Source of the DNA: Bacillota bacterium
Lineage (GTDB): Bacteria; Bacillota; Clostridia; Saccharofermentanales; DTU023
NCBI GenBank assembly: GCA_023388605.1
Contig: JAEWFX010000021.1
Span: 1 to 50,782, forward strand
DNA: 50,782 bases
Direction of reading: 5' to 3'
The notes under the pieces were generated by a model, which was not told where the DNA came from, ran no database searches, and worked only from the letters and a program-made list of their open reading frames with translations. The translations under genes and the position numbers were made by a program. Of this stretch, positions 50,727-50,782 are shown piece after piece (the first letter of the stretch is position 1; the number at the start of each line of letters is the position of its first letter).

Positions 50727-50782
50727 TTATTTTTGTTTTTGTGCCTGAAAATCAATTAAGTCTGCATAGACTGGAGTACCTA
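50727..50782 (-). CDS. 3' end of an unidentified CDS truncated by the window edge
   Basis: An open minus-strand frame '...GTPVYADLIDFQAQKQK*' with its stop at 50729..50727, followed by the terminator above. Confidence 0.35.
   Translation of the reverse strand, partial: GTPVYADLIDFQAQKQK

Noticed and set aside
50505-50782. tRNA-Arg(CCU) as a possible integration site for a genomic island, with the Tad module about 3 kb away.
   Set aside because: There is no integrase, no direct repeat of the tRNA 3' end that I could find in the window, and housekeeping-type genes (VanW, THUMP methyltransferase) lie between the tRNA and the Tad genes.
1-50782. A search by eye for CRISPR arrays, IS elements or transposases, toxin-antitoxin pairs, restriction-modification systems and known phage-defence cassettes.
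   Set aside because: I found no regularly spaced repeats, no transposase- or integrase-like translations and no recognisable defence gene signatures. The NPPY methyltransferase has a THUMP-type RNA-modification architecture and no nuclease partner.

Overview
This is a 50.8-kb chromosomal window whose gene content and order look like a monoderm, Bacillota (Firmicutes)-like bacterium. Supporting signs are the cysS-mrnC-rlmB block, the YitT/YwaF/YhaO-YhaN-type families, an S-box riboswitch, a sucrose PTS regulon and strong GGAGG-type ribosome-binding sites. I did not run any database search or compute GC content. All calls rest on motifs read by eye in the supplied translations and in the DNA.

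Contents: about 46 tightly packed protein genes (many with 1-60 nt overlaps), one tRNA-Arg(CCU), one clear SAM-I riboswitch, several intrinsic terminators and a LacI-type operator. I saw no rRNA, CRISPR array, transposase, integrase or prophage genes.

Left to right:
- rlmB, mrnC and cysS (minus strand).
- An aminopeptidase-P gene plus a serine-palmitoyltransferase-like alpha-oxoamine synthase.
- murC.
- modABC plus a fused MoeA-like/MogA protein.
- An AlkD-like repair protein.
- An orphan TarI/IspD-type cytidylyltransferase.
- scrB-scrA-scrR.
- mnmA, a yitT-like gene and ispE.
- A P-type ATPase, then thrS.
- malQ, a DMT-type transporter and a small Cys-rich protein.
- A YwaF-like/PAP2_C-like membrane pair.
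- A YhaO/YhaN-type (SbcCD-like) pair.
- An 871-aa HTH/LicC-like/choline-kinase/LicC fusion.
- A SAM-riboswitch-led operon: metK, comFC, a HAD hydrolase, a DegT aminotransferase, a PglC-like transferase and a flippase.
- A five-gene stripped-down Tad/Flp-type pilus module.
- A THUMP methyltransferase, a VanW/G5 protein and the tRNA-Arg.

Candidates most worth follow-up:
1. The minimal Tad/Flp module, with a Walker-A-less TadZ-like protein and an FHA protein, sitting divergent from comFC.
2. The metK riboswitch apparently heading a cell-envelope glycan operon.
3. The HTH plus dual-cytidylyltransferase plus kinase fusion, which has a leaderless-type promoter.
4. The SPT-like gene in a Firmicute-like context.
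5. An unclassified structured element in front of cysS, where a T-box would be expected.
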